A stretch of DNA of 64,000 bases. It comes from Torpedo marmorata (taxonomy: Eukaryota). The stretch spans positions 76,632,001 through 76,696,000 of the forward strand of contig OZ360224.1 of NCBI GenBank assembly GCA_977017645.1, written 5' to 3'. Position numbers and translations under genes: made by a program. This document shows positions 12,886 through 25,600 of the stretch, in pieces; position 1 is the stretch's first letter; each line of letters starts with the position of its first letter. The notes under the pieces are model-generated. The model did no database searches. It was given only the letters and a program-made list of their open reading frames with translations, and had not been told where the DNA came from.

Positions 12886-14629
12886 ATAATGTATATCAAG
12901 AATGAATTCACAATGTGGTTGGGATCTGCATGCAGAGATGGACTATGTCCTTGGTACTTTTAATTGAAGGTAGATGCAAGCATTTCTATCGGGGGGGGGC
13001 TCCATTATTATCGAGTATTGGAATCTACAATTTCAGCAGGCTGGCACCTCATTTAGGTATACATGCTGCTACTTCCCACATGCTCTTCTACCTCTAGATC
13101 CCTGCTTCGATGGTAATGGTAGAAGCAGGCTATAAACAATAGCTAAAAATTCTGGTTGAATACAAATTCAGCTGCTGGTGAAACCCCAAACAGCTTATGA
13201 ATACCCAGTTATGAAATGCTAGTTATTTTCACAATCTATCCTATTCAGCACACTGATAGCGTCACATTACACAATAGAGGATCCCCTCATTGTGAAGATG
13301 GGACTTGATATTCAGAGGACTGTAATGGGCACTTTAACTAAAACTATCCGCACAAGTGCATCTATGACAGGGAGATAGTTGAGGATAAAGTCACGGTGGT
13401 TTTCCCCCTTGTGTTGGTTTTCTCATCTACCAATCTGTGCCTCAGGGCATGCTGTGGGGGGAGGTAAGTGTAATTCCCCACAGTATAATTCTGTATGTGG
13501 CTATTCTTAATGCTGCTTCTAGCTAGTGTTCAAATTGTTGCTAATAATGCCAATCTTTGGGGTATGTGTCTTTGATTGTGATGGTATTTCTTGTCACAAT
13601 GAGAGGCACTCCATTCTCTGCACACAGGAATAAACTAAAACAAAACCTCCATAATGCACTTTGCTTAGTCATTTCAGTTTGTAAATCTAGGAAGTGCTGT
13701 GCCAAAAAGAAGGGCAGTATGGATTTAGCAAGTGTTTCCTTATCCACGTTTTGACAACACGAGCCATTATGAAGTTCGAGGGTTTCTACTATTTACTAAT
13801 ATACCCCCATGTCTATCCTACCAATAGGTTAGGGAATAATCATGTAAAGCAATGGAAGAATCCAGAATAAAAAAAGAAAGTGATGGGAAAATCAGCAGTC
13901 ATGTAACATTTGTGAAAAGATAAACAGTGAACATAATCAGAACTTGGAAAAAGAGAGATGCAAGTTAGTTTTTAGCAGGAGGGAAGATGGGAGAATGTCT
14001 GCGACAGGACAGGTTGAATTGACTTAATGACAGCAGTTACCAACACTTTTTGGTATGTGTAATGTGTTGTTAATGGTCAGGTGGTGGGATCTGCCTACCA
14101 GGCTAGATATAAATGGGTAGGGCAAGAAAAACTGAACCAACATGATATAAAAACATAGCATGGATAATGCTGGAAAAGGCAACATCTGTGAAATGATAAA
14201 GTTAATGTTTCAGATGAGCGACCCTTCATCAGATCTGTGCAAAAGAGAAATATGTTAGTTTGGGTTGCAGCAAAATGTGGGTGGAGCAAAGGGAATTTCT
14301 CTTATCAGATGAAGACATGTGGCATTGGGAATCAGATTAAGCTACTAGAAGAACACAGAACACTGGCTGATTCTGTATAACGATGTGAGGTTCTGTTTAG
14401 CTTGCCCAGATTTTAGTGAGGAGGATGATGATACACGATTGATAGGGCGTTCTTGGCTTGCCAGGGGTAATCCATAAAGGTAGCTGACAGCTTTGCTGAG
14501 TGTGTAGTCACCTATTGGCCAGAAAAATGTCTGGATGGCACCATTCTGGATTTTAATTTAAAAGAACAAATTTCCCACCCGTGGTGGTGGAATTTGAAAC
14601 CTTGTCCCCAGTTTCCATCTCCATACAAA

Positions 14630-15472
14630 ACAAGTAAAAAAACACAAATGCTGGAGAAACTCAGCAGGTCAAACAGTGTCTTTTATGTAGCAAAGGTAGA
14701 AATACATAACCGACGTTTCGGGCTTGAGCCCTTCATCAAAGTATGAGAAAATGCTGGCAGGCGTCCGAACAAAAGAGTGAGGGGGGTGGCAAAGGCAGGA
14801 GATGATAGGTGGAGAAAGGAGGGAGGGGACAGCAGCAAAGAGGGGGAGGAGGGATGGCTGGGTGGCTGGAAAAAAACAGGAAGGACAGGTGAGGGGGGTG
14901 GGGAAGGAAACGACAAGCAGGTTTAGTGGAAAGCAGAAAAGTCAATGTTAATGCCATCTGGCTGGAGAGTGCCCAGACGGAAAATGAGATGTTATTCCTC
15001 CAATTTGCGGGTAGTCTGGGTGGGATAGTACATAAGGCCATGGACAGACATGTGAGTGTGGGAGTGTGACCCGGAATTGAAATGGTTGGCTACTGGGAGG
15101 TCGCTGTTGTTGCGGACGGAGAGGAGGTGCTCAGCAAAGCGATCTCCCAATCTACGACCGGTCTCTCCGATGTAGAGAAAGCCACAAAGAGAGCACCGGA
15201 TGCAGTAAATAAGTTCTCTGGATGTACAAGTGAAGTGTAGTTTCACTTGGAAGGCCTGTTTGGGGCCCTGGACCGTGGTGAGGGGGGAGGTGTGGGCGCA
15301 GGTGTTGCACCTCCTGCGGGCACAGGGGAAGGTTCCGGGGGTGCGATGGGTGGGGAGGGATGAGTGCATGAGGGAATTGCGGAGGGAGCGGTCCCTGTGG
15401 AAGGCCGAGAGGGGAGGAGAAGGAAAAATGTGTCTGGTGGTGGGATCCTGTAGTTAGTGCCGGAAATTCCAT
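14630..15472 (-). mobile_element. Penelope-like element, 3' part: GIY-YIG endonuclease and terminal (pLTR) region
   Basis: C..RRCNTC, FTCTSRELIYCIRC..CGFLYIGETGRRLGDRFAEH, PVANHFN; pyrimidine-rich 3' region and hammerhead motif. Confidence 0.9.
14705..14745 (-). ncRNA. Minimal type I hammerhead ribozyme motif in the Penelope terminus
   Basis: Minus strand reads catact-TTGATGA-A-GGGC tcaa GCCC-GAAAC-GTC-ggttatg: core, perfect stem II, palindromic ACGT stem III and a GUC cleavage triplet. Core C3 is U. Confidence 0.7.
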
Positions 15473-15920
15473 CTCAGTACATTGGTTTTCATGCTAGTGT
15501 ACATGGCATTCATTGAGCAAGTCTTAACACAAAACATCAGTGGTGTGTTTTTCAGTTATTCATAACATTTGAATGTAACTTTTATTTTTAAAATAAGTAG
15601 TTGCCACAACTAGAGTAATTTATTATAACTGCATTACATGAATCAAGGACATCAGACCTGTCTTGGAGATGGGAAACCATTCCATCTATCTTGATCAATG
15701 GAATATGCACTCAACTTTTCTGGGAAGGTTGCTGCTAGGTTACTCATCTATCATCTATTATGCTGCTAGGATGCTCATCTATCATTCCCACATAACATAA
15801 TGAAAATGGCATTCTGAATATTTAAATCAACTGGTCAAACAGTTGTACCTTGATTAATAATAGTTCTTTTGGTTTTCATTTTCTACAACTTCATTTATTC
15901 AAATTGTTACATTTCATTAA

Positions 15921-16097
15921 TTTTTTTTAGACATACAGCACGGTAACAGGCCCTTTCAGCCCATGAGCCTGTGCCGCCCAATGAACCTACAACCCCGTAC
16001 GTTTTTGAAGGGTGGGAGGAAACCGGAGCCAGATTCGAACCCTAGTTGCTGGTGCTGTAACATCGTTGCTCTAACTGCTACGCTAACTGTGCCGCCC
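15921..16097 (-). mobile_element. tRNA-derived SINE with a CR1-type tail (HE1-like), internally deleted
   Basis: Minus strand starts GGGCGGCACAGTTAGCGTAGCAGTTAG (A box), has GGTTCGAATC (B box), and ends gggcctgttaccgtgctgtatgtct plus an A run. Confidence 0.75.
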
Positions 16098-17134
16098 TTT
16101 TTACACTATAATTTTTATACTGTCAAAATTTTTGGAAGCCAAAATATATGCAAGCAGATTAACATATTTTAAAAATAAATGGATAGAAATGCAAAATTCT
16201 AAGGCTCATAGATCTATAACTTACTGATCAATTCAAGGATCATGTTCTTAGTCTTAAAACTGATTCAAACCCACATAATAAACCAAGCTGAAGGATTGGA
16301 AGCATTTGAAAGTTCAGTTTTCATATTAAAATTGGTATGTGTATTTTAGCTTTATTCCCAAAATTTAATATCCTGATTAATAGAAAAATGGCACAATTAT
16401 TAATGTCAAAATATTAAGTAATTTCATGATGCTAAACATAAACTTGACCAACAAAGTTGCTAACTTTAAGATTTACTTTTATTCTGGAAAGCCATCATGA
16501 ATGAGGAACCAACTAGATGTAGAGACTTGGAGTGTGTGGGTTGGGGGGGGGAAGAGGTGTGATGGGTTATTTATTTCACAACTGGGAGACCATACAATCC
16601 AATTAAAACCCAGGTTTGCAAAATGTCATCATCTGTTAGGTCTGTAATAATGTACATGTCATCTATGGAGATCCAAGACTCAAATGTAAAATCCCAATGT
16701 AAAACTGGTGTACAAGTAGACCTGTCTATTATACCAAACTTCAAAGCAATTGCTGAAAGTTGGCAAAAATATGGCCATAACATTTATTATGGAGGATCAA
16801 TTTCAGCTGAATCCAAAGCATAGTTTCTGCTGGTTCTGTAAAAATGCTACAAGCATCAACTATCCAAGCTTGTACTCCTTCGACTGAATTCATCAGGCCC
16901 TAATAAGTTATATTGAAATGGCTGTTTTAGCAGTCACAGCTTTCATACCAAACTTTTGTTGGATGAGTGGAGCAAATGTTCTGTCTTTCTCCCTGTCGCA
17001 AGTATGTCACATTTTTTCACCTCGTGCATCATTTTGATCCTGCTATAGCAATTATGCAGATTAACATGTGGCTTGACAGATTCAGATGTAGGGCAGGCAG
17101 AACTCATTTGGAGGAATCGATTTAATCTAAACAA

Positions 17135-20100
17135 GGGGGCGTGGTGTGATGGTGTAGGCTGGAGACTTGGGAATACACCTCGCCCAACAGAATTAATTAA
17201 AAGCTGTATTAAAAAAAATTATTTTGTTATTAAAGAATTCAAGGTCGCTTATTAACTATTGAAGAATGTCTACAAGAAAAGGGAAAGAACAAAAGTCAAA
17301 GAAAACAGTGATTAAAGAAAGTGTAATTGAAGAAGGAGTTGGGCCTACCTCCGTGGTGGAGCCTCGAGATCGGCTTTCTCTCCCTCCCAGGACGACGCGG
17401 GCGAAGATGGCTAAAGTAACTGTAGAGCCAGCACCACATTCCCGGGGAGCTGGGGAAGATGGCGCTGGAGCTCGAAGGAAGACTAAAGAACTACAGAGGG
17501 AGAATGAACAACTGCGCATGCGCGAAATGGCGAAAAGGAACGGGAGCTGTCAACTAGCGTTGACAGCCAAAGAAGAATCTTTCATTCAATTCAATATGAT
17601 CTCGGAGAAGAACTGTCAACATCGATGGATTCAGAAGACAAAGGGAGAAAGAAGAAAATATATGAAGAAATGGAGAGAGAAGTAGAAGAGATGGAGGGAG
17701 AGGAAAGAGAAATAAGTGGAGGAGAGGAAACTCAGCTATTTCAAGGTAAACAGGAAATATCAGCTACTCTTATCCAAGCTATGAATAACTTAACAAAACA
17801 AGTGTCTACAATGAATCAACATATGGAATATAGATTTACAGTTATGGATAGTAATTTTACTGAGTTTAAGGAAGAAATGAAAGATATTAAACATGATATG
17901 AAAAAATATGCAACTGTTGTGGATAAAGTAATACTGAAAGCCCATAAAATTGAATATGAGGTTAAAGAATGTCGTGAAGAAATGGTGGACTGTAAAGGTA
18001 TAGTGGACAAAATAGAAGATTCATTTACAGGCTGGGAGCCCCAAAGAAATGAACTTTTACAAAAAATAGACACATTGGAGAATCATAGTCGGATAAATAA
18101 TATTAAGATTGTGAGATTGCCTGAAGATTATGAAGGGATAAATTCAACTGAATTTTTTCAAAATTGGATCGCAAAAATTTTGGGTATTGAAAATTTTCCA
18201 AATGGACTTGAATTAGATAGATCCCACAGAGCTAATAGAAAGAAACCATATCCTGGACAAATGCCACACTCAGTGTTCATTATTAGATGTCTTCGTTACC
18301 AGGATAAAGAGAAGATATTGAGATTAGCTGTTCAAAATGCGAGAAAGAACCGAAGTCCATTGATGATCAATAAAAATAGGGTATTTTTCTATGCTGATTT
18401 AAGTGTAGCTGTAATTAAAAAGCAAAAAGAATTTAATCCAGCCAAAGCAATATTTTGGAACAAAAGATATAAATTTTCCTTTAGATATCCAGCGATACTG
18501 AAGGTACAGTCTGGAGAGAATCAGTCATCTTTTTTTACTGACCATCAAAAAGCTTTGAAGTATGCTAATTCACTCCTAAATTTAAAGAAAGATCAAGATT
18601 TTACTCCGCAATCGTTGCCAAGAGGGCAATTTCAAGTTACTATGGAACCGACTCAACAGATTTTGGTGGACTTGCCTCAATTAAGAACTTCGGGTCAAGA
18701 AGATGTAGTTGAAATAGATGATGATCAAGTTAACAGAGATCTTGAAAATGCTGGACTGGGATGAAGAAACAATAACAAATATTGTGTAAAATCTGTTTGG
18801 GGGGGGGTTGACTTTTTTGTCTTCTCCTCACCTAACCACACGTCACCTTAGTGGCGAGGGCCACTTCCCGAACAGTAGAGGGTGGTAGTACTGGTATAAT
18901 ATGCCAGTATTATTATTGTTTTTTTTCTGTCTTTATTTTTTTTATATACTCTTTTGGGTTTTTTTTTCTTCTTTTCTTTCTTTTTCTAAGGAGATGTCAA
19001 ATCAATTACAAATGTGGAAGGGGGAACCAATCGGACGGATAGAGAGAGACTTATTAAATATTAGAAATGGTGGATAGTAAATTAATAAATGTGTTAAGTG
19101 TTAATATAAATGGGCTAAATAATCAGATTAAAAGGAAGAAAACTTTAGCATGTATTAAAAAATTAAAAGTTGATATAGCTTTTTTTACAAGAGACACATT
19201 TGACAGAAAAAGAACATCAGAAGTTGAAAAGAGAATGGGTTGGTCAAGTGGTAGCATCTTCATTTAATTCTAAAGCAAAAGGAGTTGCTATATTAATTAA
19301 TAAAAAGTTACCTTTTAAAATACAATCTGTGGTTATAGATGTTGCAGGAAGATTTGTCTTAATTGTCAAATATATTCAGAAATGTGGACACTTATGAATA
19401 TATATGTGCCAAATATGGAAGATGAACAATTTATTCAAGACTCTTTTATGCATCTGTCGGAAGCAAATGATAATATTTTAATTGGTGGAGATTTTAATTG
19501 TTTAGACCCAATAATAGATAAAACATCGAAATCAATTACCAGAATTAAAACTGCTAAAAGAATTCTTACTTTGATGAAAGATTTAAATTTAACAGATATT
19601 TGGAGGAAGTTGAATCCAAAAGAAAAAGATTATTCTTTTTACTCTTTTAGACATGATTCTTATTCTAGAATAGACATGTTTTTATTGTCATCACAATTAG
19701 AAGGAACAGTGACTCAAGCGCAATATAAAGCGAGAATAATTTCCGATCATTCACCTCTTTTTAATGTCATGTATAATTCCAGAAAAAGAAAAAATGATAT
19801 ATAGATGGAGATTTAATTCTTCTTTATTGAAAAGAATGGATATTTGTAATTATATAAGAGAAATTCAAGAATTTTTAAAAATTAATTCTAAATCGACTAA
19901 TAATAAATATTATTTGGGAAGCTTTAAAGGCTTATTTAAGAGGTCAAGTAATAAGTTATTCAGCAAAAGTTAAGAAGGAATATACTCAGGAATTGGATAA
20001 TTTGGAGAGGGAGATTGAATTTTTAGAGAAAGATTTGCAAAAAAAGGGAACTGAAGAAAAGAGAAAAAATTTAATTAAGAAGAAATTGCATTTTAATTCA

Positions 20101-23100
20101 GATAAGAGTGAAATAATGGCTTTATCTCAAGGTGATTATACTAGATGTAAAGAAGTAACACAATTTAAATGGGCTAAAGAGGGAATTAAATATTTAGGGG
20201 TTAAGGTTGATATAAAATTGGAAAATTTATATAAATTAAATTATTTACCATTATTTGTGAAAATAAAGAAAGATTTAGAGAATTGGAAAGATTTACCTAT
20301 AACTTTAATGGGAAGGGTAAATTGTATTAAAATGAATATTTTTCCAAGAGTTCAATATCTTTTTCAATCAATTCCTTTTGGAATTCCTCAAAGATTTTTT
20401 AAAGATTTAAATTTTATTGTTAGGAAATTTTTGTGGAAAGGAAAGTTAGCAAGAGTAAGTATGGAAAAGTTAACTTGGAATTATGAGTTGGGGGGATTGC
20501 AACTTCCTAATTTTCAAAATTATTATAAAGCAGCTCAATTAAAATTTGTTAATGAATTTTTCGATCCAAATAAAACTTCAGCTTGGATTAAAATAGAATT
20601 AAATAATATAGGAGAAAACTTTAAAGAAGAGATTATTTATAAATGGGATTCTAAATTAATATCAGTAAAAAAGAAAAATTCACTGATTATTAAACATTTG
20701 TTAGAAATATGGGGTAAGTTGGATAAAGAGATAGGTGGAAGAGGATTAATTTCTTCAAATATGCCTTTATATCAAAATGGACTTATTCTATTTACTATTA
20801 ATAATTAATTATTTAAAATTTGGTTTCAAAAAGGTATTAAGAAGATTAATGATTGTTTTGAAGCTGGAAGATTTATCACGTTTCAAAGAATGAAAGATAA
20901 ATTTAATATATTAGATAATACATTTTTAGCTTATTATCAAGTTAAAGCTTTCTTAATCGAGAAATTGGGTCATGCTTTGATTTTACCAAGACAAAATGAA
21001 TTAGAATTATTAGTTACTAATGGAGAAGTTAATAAATTTATTTCTCAAATGTATAAATTGTTTCAGAGGAAAATGCCTAAAGTAGGAATTCATAAATCAA
21101 GATTAAAGTGGGAATTAGATTTGAATGTAAGAATAGATGAGAATCACTGGAAAGAATTATGTAAATTAAGTATGATGAAGATTATCAATGTTAGATATAG
21201 ATTAGTACAATATAATTTTTTTCATCAATTATATTTAACAACTAAAAAATTAAAGAAATTTAATCCGACATTATCAGGTTTATGTTTTAGATGTAATAAT
21301 GAGGAAGGTTCTTTTGTACATTCTACATGGTTTTGTCCAAAGATTCAAGATTTTTGGTTGAAAGTAAAAAAAATTTTAGATAAAGTATTTAATATTACAT
21401 TTCCAATGGATCCTATGTTATTTTTATTTGGAGATATTAGAAAATTTAGTATTAAAAAGAAATTAAATATGTTTCAAGTAGAATTTTTACGAATTGCTTT
21501 AGCAGTTTTGAAAAAATGCATTGCTATTACTTGGAAATCTGATTTAGATTTAGGATTAGAAAGATGGCATGCAGAACTCCGTTCGTGTATACCACTGGAA
21601 AAAATTACTTATAATCTACGTAATAAATATCATTTCTTTTTGAAAATTTGGAGCCCATATATGAGAGCTGTGGGTTTAAGGATTTGAAGATCTCTAGATA
21701 TCGGATCTACTGGCAAACTTGACCTCCGTAATAGAATTAGTTTATAGATGATGTTCTCCTTACTGTATCTTTTCCTTTCTTTCTTTTTTCTATTTTTATT
21801 TTTACTGTTATTTTATATTATTAGATTAGTGGGGATGGGGGGGTTAGGGAGGGGAGGGAGGTGGGGGGGGTGAAAATATATCACGTATTTTGACAATTTT
21901 ATATTTTATTCTATGTATTTTGTGATTTAAAAGTTTAAATAAAATTTAAAAAAAAAAAGAAGAAATTGCATTATAATTCATTACAAATATATAAAATGGA
22001 AAAGTTAATTGGAAGGACTAAGCAAAGATATTACGAATTGGGAGAAAGAGCCCATAAAGTGTTAGCGTGGCAATTAAAGAAAGAACAAATTTCTAGAACT
22101 ATAAGTGCTATAAAAAAGAATTCAAAGAAAATAACATATAAACCTCAAGAAATAAATGATTAATTTAAAGAATTTTATTTAAATTTATATAGGTCTCAAG
22201 CTGATAAAGATGAATCTAAAATTAATGAATTTTTGTCCAAAATTAAGTTACCTAGATTAAATAGCCAAAGTAAAATTTTTTTAGACGCATCATTTACGAT
22301 GAGAGAAGTTAATGATGCTCTTAGTTCCTTAACAAGTGGAAAGTCTCCGGGGGAGGATGGTTTCCCATCAGAATTTTATAAGGAATTTAAGGATTTATTG
22401 ATACCTCCATATATGGAGGTGTTAAAACAAATAACGGAATCTCATTCTCTATCGGAAACATTTTCAAATGCAATAACAGTTATACCTAAAAAAAGATAGA
22501 GATTTGTTGAAAACAGAATCATATAGACCAATTTCGTTGTTAAATGTGGATTATAAGATAATGGCGAAAATTTAGCAAATAGAGTGGCAAGATATTTACC
22601 AGATTTAATACATGCAGATCAAGCGGGTTTTATTAAGAATAGATATTCAAAGGATAATAGTGCCAGATTGATTCGTTTAATAAATGTAGCACAAAAGAAA
22701 TATGAATTAGCACTAGTACTAACATTAGATGCCGGAAAGGCTTTTGATAGATTAGAATGGAATTATTTATTTAAAGTGTTGGAAAAATTTGGTTTTGGAA
22801 TTACATTTATTAATGGGATTAAAACTATATATAAAGAACCCTCTGCTAAGGTGGTGACAAATGTACAAATTTCTTCAAAATTTTTGTTGACTAGGTCAAC
22901 TAGACAAGGATGTCCTTTATCGCCAGCATTGTTTATTTTAGCAATAGAACCTTTAGCAGAGTTAATTAGACAAGATATTAATATTGTAGGTAATATTAAA
23001 GTTGGAAAAGAAGAACATAAAATTAGTTTATTTGCAGATGATGTACTGATTTATATGACAAAGCCTATCGATTCTTTAACACAATTGACTGTTTTATTAA

Positions 23101-24954
23101 GAGAATATGGGGAAATATCTGGTTATAAGATTAATTCTGATAAAAGTGAAATTATGCCATTGACACAGGGAGACTCTAATAAATGTAAAGAGACTACACA
23201 ATTTAAATGGTCAAATAATGGAATTAAATATTTGGGAATAAAAATAGATACAAAATTAAGTAATTTATATAAATTAAATTATTTACCTTTATTTATTAAT
23301 ATTAAAAAGGATTTAGACAGTTGGAAAGATTTACCTATAACTTTAATAGGAAGGATAAATTGTATCAAAATGAATATTTTTCTAAGAATTCAATACCTTT
23401 TTCAATCAATTCCTTATGAAATTCCTCAAAAATTCTTTAAGGATTTAAATTTAGTTATTAGGAAATTTTTGTGGAAAGGAAAGTTGGCTAGAGTAGGTAT
23501 GGAGAAATTAACTTGGAATTATGAATTGGGAAGTTTACAACTTCCCAATTTTCAAAATTACTATAAGGCAGCTCAATTAAAATTCATTAATGAAATGCTT
23601 GATTTAGAAATATCTTCTGCTTGGATTAGAATAGAATTAAATAATATAGGAGAGGATTCGAAAGAAGTTATTTATAAATGGAATTCTAAATTACTATTAA
23701 GGGGAGGTAAAAATTCTCCTATTTTAAAACATTTGTTAGAAATATGGAATAAAGTTGATCGGGAGATAGGAGGGAAAGGGTTAATTTCTTGTAAAATGCC
23801 TTTATACCAAAATAAACTTATCCCATTTACTATTGATAATCAATTGTTTAAAATTTGGTTTCAAAAAGGGATTAAAAAAGTAAATGATTGTTTTGAAGCT
23901 AGTAAACTTATTACTTTCCAAAGAATGAAAGAGAAGTTTAATGCACCAAATAATACACTTTTTGCTTATTATCAAATAAGAACATTTTTAGTTGAAAAGT
24001 TGGGTCATAGTTTAATTTTACCAAGACAAAATGAATTGGAATCATTAGTTACTAATGAGGGTATAAATAAATTTATTTCTCAAATGTATAGTCTGCTATA
24101 GGAATTCATAAATCAAGATTAAAATGGGAATCAGATTTGAATGCAATAATAGATGAAGAACATTGAAAAGAAATATGTAAACAAAGTATGACAATTATTA
24201 ATGTTAGATATAGGTTAGTGCAATACAATTTTTTGCATCAATTAACGCCTCAGAAACTAAAGAAATTTAATTCGAGACTAACAGATTTATGTTTTAGATG
24301 TAATAGAGAGGAAGGCTCCTTTGTACATTCTACGTGGCTTTGTCCAAGGATACATGCTTTTTGCTGAAAGTTAAAAAGTTTTTAGACAAAGTATTAAGAA
24401 TTACACTCCCAATGAATCCTATGATATTTTTGTTTGGAGATATTAAAAGAATTAGTATTAAAATGAGATTAAATATGTATCAAATAGAATTTTTGCAAAT
24501 TGCTTTAGCTGTGTCAAAGAAATGCATTGCTATTACATGGAAGTCTGATGTAGATTTAGGGTTAGAAAGATGGTACGCAGAACTTCGTTCAGCTATACTA
24601 CTTGAAAAAATTACATAATTTACGTTATAAATATCATTTATTTTTGAAAATATGGAGCCCATATATAAAGACTGTGGGTTTAAGGATTTGAGGATCTCTC
24701 GATATCAGGTCTGACTGGTGAACCTATGTTCCACAATAAAATTAATGTATAGTTGTTTTTTTTTTGATTGACATTCTCCAATTACTATTCCATTTTTCTT
24801 TCTTTCTATATTATATTAGAGTAGTAGGGGTGGATGGGTTAGGGAGGGGAAAGGGAGGGTGAAAATATATCACGTATTCTGATAATTTTACATTTTATAA
24901 ATATATTATCGTGTGATTTAAAATTTTAAATAAAATTAAAAAATTTAAAAAAAA
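17135..24954 (+). mobile_element. Full-length L1 (5' UTR, ORF1, spacer, ORF2, polyA), inactivated and interrupted by a nested L1
   Basis: 15-bp TSD AT(T/C)TAATCTAAACAA at 17120-17134 and 24955-24969. ORF1 17266-18764 is split by a frameshift (coiled coil, LENHSRINNIKI, YADLS). ORF2 starts at 19067 and has FADDVL near 23030. Confidence 0.94.
20093..21956 (+). mobile_element. 5'-truncated L1 nested in ORF2 of the full-length L1
   Basis: 16-bp TSD AAGAAGAAATTGCATT at 20077-20092 and 21957-21972; it has its own stop, G-rich 3' UTR and polyA; the host ORF2 resumes in register afterwards (LHYNSLQ). Confidence 0.93.
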
Positions 24955-25600
24955 ATCTAATCTAAACAAATAAAACCTAGAAGTGGTGAAGATCTGAATG
25001 AGTAAGCATCACACAGGAAGCAGTTTCTTACCCAATATATCCAAACATTGTGTGGAAATTAAATATTGCAAATGTTTTGTATTCTGCACAGTTTGAGAAG
25101 AAATAAGCATCCTTTTCCTGTGTATCTTAAAATGTATTTAGTATTCAAATTATTTTTGTTTACTTCCACAGTCTATATTGTGGCTTGTGAGACTTGGGAA
25201 TCTCTTCATTCTCAGTGATGTATTTACTTTCTACGAGTCTGAAAGGGGTAAAAAGAAGTTGGCTCTATTCGTTTTTGTTCAATTCATTGTGTAGTTTCCT
25301 CTTCCAGTGATCTCCATGTAGCTATCAGTCAACTATTTGTCTGCTGAAAGAGATGAGCTTGTTCAGAAGGACCACACATTTTATAATGGCAAGAAAAGAT
25401 GTTGGAGATAAGCAACATGGCTAATGTCCCTTTCAGATTCTGTAAACCCAAGATTAATGGTTGAGTTCCTGTTGCTGAGGTGATCAGGTAATTAGCCTGG
25501 GCCAGTGAGTGGACTTGAAAGATTTTTGGCCCGCATGGCTTGCATAATAGAGTTCCTGGCATTTTGAGCGCACTTTAGAAAGATTCCATGTACAACTTAC

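Noticed and set aside
15990-16097. Possible tRNA gene (also 26497-26720)
   Set aside because: A and B boxes are present, but they belong to SINE heads joined to a CR1-type tail or rearranged; I could not build a full cloverleaf.
16450-17120. Short ORFs 16571-16823 as an extra exon or gene
   Set aside because: No recognisable domain, and the PREP exons on either side already join in frame with no missing residues.
18840-18890. Twister or hammerhead assignment for the L1 spacer motif
   Set aside because: It lacks the CUGANGA/GAAA core and the twister conserved nucleotides as I recall them; left unclassified.
18851-19042. Conserved 'MARATSRT' small ORF in both L1 spacers (also 41354-41560)
   Set aside because: It starts at GTG, and similarity collapses into poly-T/Phe runs after about 15 codons. 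The conservation is better explained by RNA structure, though a short uORF cannot be fully excluded.
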